Shown piece after piece: positions 62,616 to 64,000 of a DNA stretch of 64,000 bases. This DNA is from Sphaerodactylus townsendi. Lineage: Eukaryota. Below the pieces are notes generated by a model. The model was not told the DNA's origin and did no database searches. It saw nothing but the letters and a program-made list of their open reading frames with translations. The position numbers were made by a program, and so were the translations under genes. The stretch is from NCBI RefSeq assembly GCF_021028975.2, contig NC_059432.1, positions 31,062,001 to 31,126,000 on the forward strand. The letters run 5' to 3'. Positions within the stretch are counted from its first letter, which is position 1. The number at the start of each line of letters is the position of its first letter.

Positions 62616-63082
62616 AAACGTTTTGAAATACCAACTACAGACCTCCCAATGAATGAAGATAGTAAAATCCAGAAATGTTCCTAACCAAACCCAAAAGCAA
62701 ACAAGTCAAACTTGGAATTACTCACCAATCAATTAGTACTGCATATTTCGCCCTTTAATGGAAGGATACCACATTGGAATTCAGTTTACACAATAAATCA
62801 ACACCTCACATGAAAAAAATATTTTACAGTATCTACAGTAGAACCGCTCTACAGATCAGAACATTACTGCAGAGTTAAAGTGACCCACAGTGATTTACCT
62901 GTTTTTAATGACAAAAAGGGCCATTTTAAAGAATTATGGTATATATCTTTCTAGACATTTTTAAAAGTCTTTTATTAACCCATTAGTTAAATGAAATACC
63001 TCAAGGACTGAACCTTCAGCAGCACAACCTAACATGCCAATCTCTAAAGAGTGCCACGAACACTCAAAGATGCAAAGACATG

Positions 63083-63590
63083 GGGGCTTTCCGAACTACA
63101 GAAGGGAGCTAAGGTCGACTTGGTTCCCTTCAGTGGGGGATGATTCCAGGCTGTCCACACAGCAACTTACTTGGCCCCCTGGAACCGAGCTAAGTGGGCG
63201 GGATCATCTTGGTGCCTGTTTCGCTCCTCGATCGTGATTGGAGCTTGTGTTACCATGGGAAACAGGAGCGTTCTTTTTTTTACAGTTTTTACAGTTTATG
63301 GTTTACAGTTACATGCCCACCACGACTCTTCCATTCTGCGCATGCCACAAAAGCGGCTCCTGATTGGTTGAATGGATAAGGTGTCGTTTTGATGCGTCCA
63401 CACTTCGAAGCTTCGAAGCGGTATCGACCTTGTTCCAGCAGAAAGGTGCAGTTCATAACTGCGACAGGGATGTTGCAGTTCTGGGGGGGGGGGGACTGAG
63501 ACAAAACAACGTTGAGCTCAGTTGCGGTGCGGATACACTGAGGTGAACCTAGATAGAAACCAGTACAACTCTGTCAGTGCAGAAAGCCCC
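63083..63590. mobile_element. About 510-bp Harbinger-like MITE
   Basis: TIRs GGGGCTTTCCGAACT and AGTGCAGAAAGCCCC; CpG-rich interior. Confidence 0.65.
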
Positions 63591-64000
63591 ATAGAGTCAA
63601 CATCTATTGATTGTGATATTCTAGAGTATGATGTTAGATCATCTTTTGAATTTTTACCATGGTGTGAACAAAATATGGTTTTGCAGAGAATAGATTGGAT
63701 GAAAACTCAGCTTTATGAAAAATATGACCAGAGAAAGACTCAATTGTCTACAGAGAGAAATTTGATGGAAGAATCAACACACGAAAATGGCATGGTTTCA
63801 CAGTTGGAAATGGAGGTGGCTGTATGCTCTCAGTAAGCCCACTGTCCGTTGGAAATGAAAGAAGCTGTATCTCCTCAAGTTGTCCATTGCCTTGATGATG
63901 ATGCATCCTTGCAGATCCCACAAGAGCCACATAATCCTGACAAGTTCATAACTACTGAAGATGTAGAAAACAAGTTCCCAAGAAGTGACCATTCCAGCAA

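Overview
Repeat-dense vertebrate genomic DNA, almost certainly a squamate reptile and probably a gecko (inferred from the mix of L2, CR1, RTE-X, Rex1, Penelope, DIRS, tRNA- and 5S-derived SINEs, and hAT/Harbinger/mariner-type MITEs). I recognise no host protein-coding gene, and most listed ORFs are transposon-derived or chance. Main points: (1) an LTR retroelement at 30968-34380 with exactly one LTR's worth of sequence, split about 30 bp from its end and placed on either side of the internal region, inside an otherwise contiguous CR1 fragment; this is the structure expected from integration of a 1-LTR circle. (2) Five TSD-flanked palindromic Penelope insertions, four with minimal hammerhead ribozyme motifs, one fully intact. 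(3) A candidate unannotated spliced minus-strand ORF of three phase-compatible exons, with a possible TE-derived promoter upstream. (4) A complete non-autonomous Helitron. (5) A stop-free Rex1 RT fragment fused in frame to an upstream ORF. Several CpG-rich repeats carry indel noise that suggests unpolished long-read assembly. Family names are assigned by eye, without database searches.
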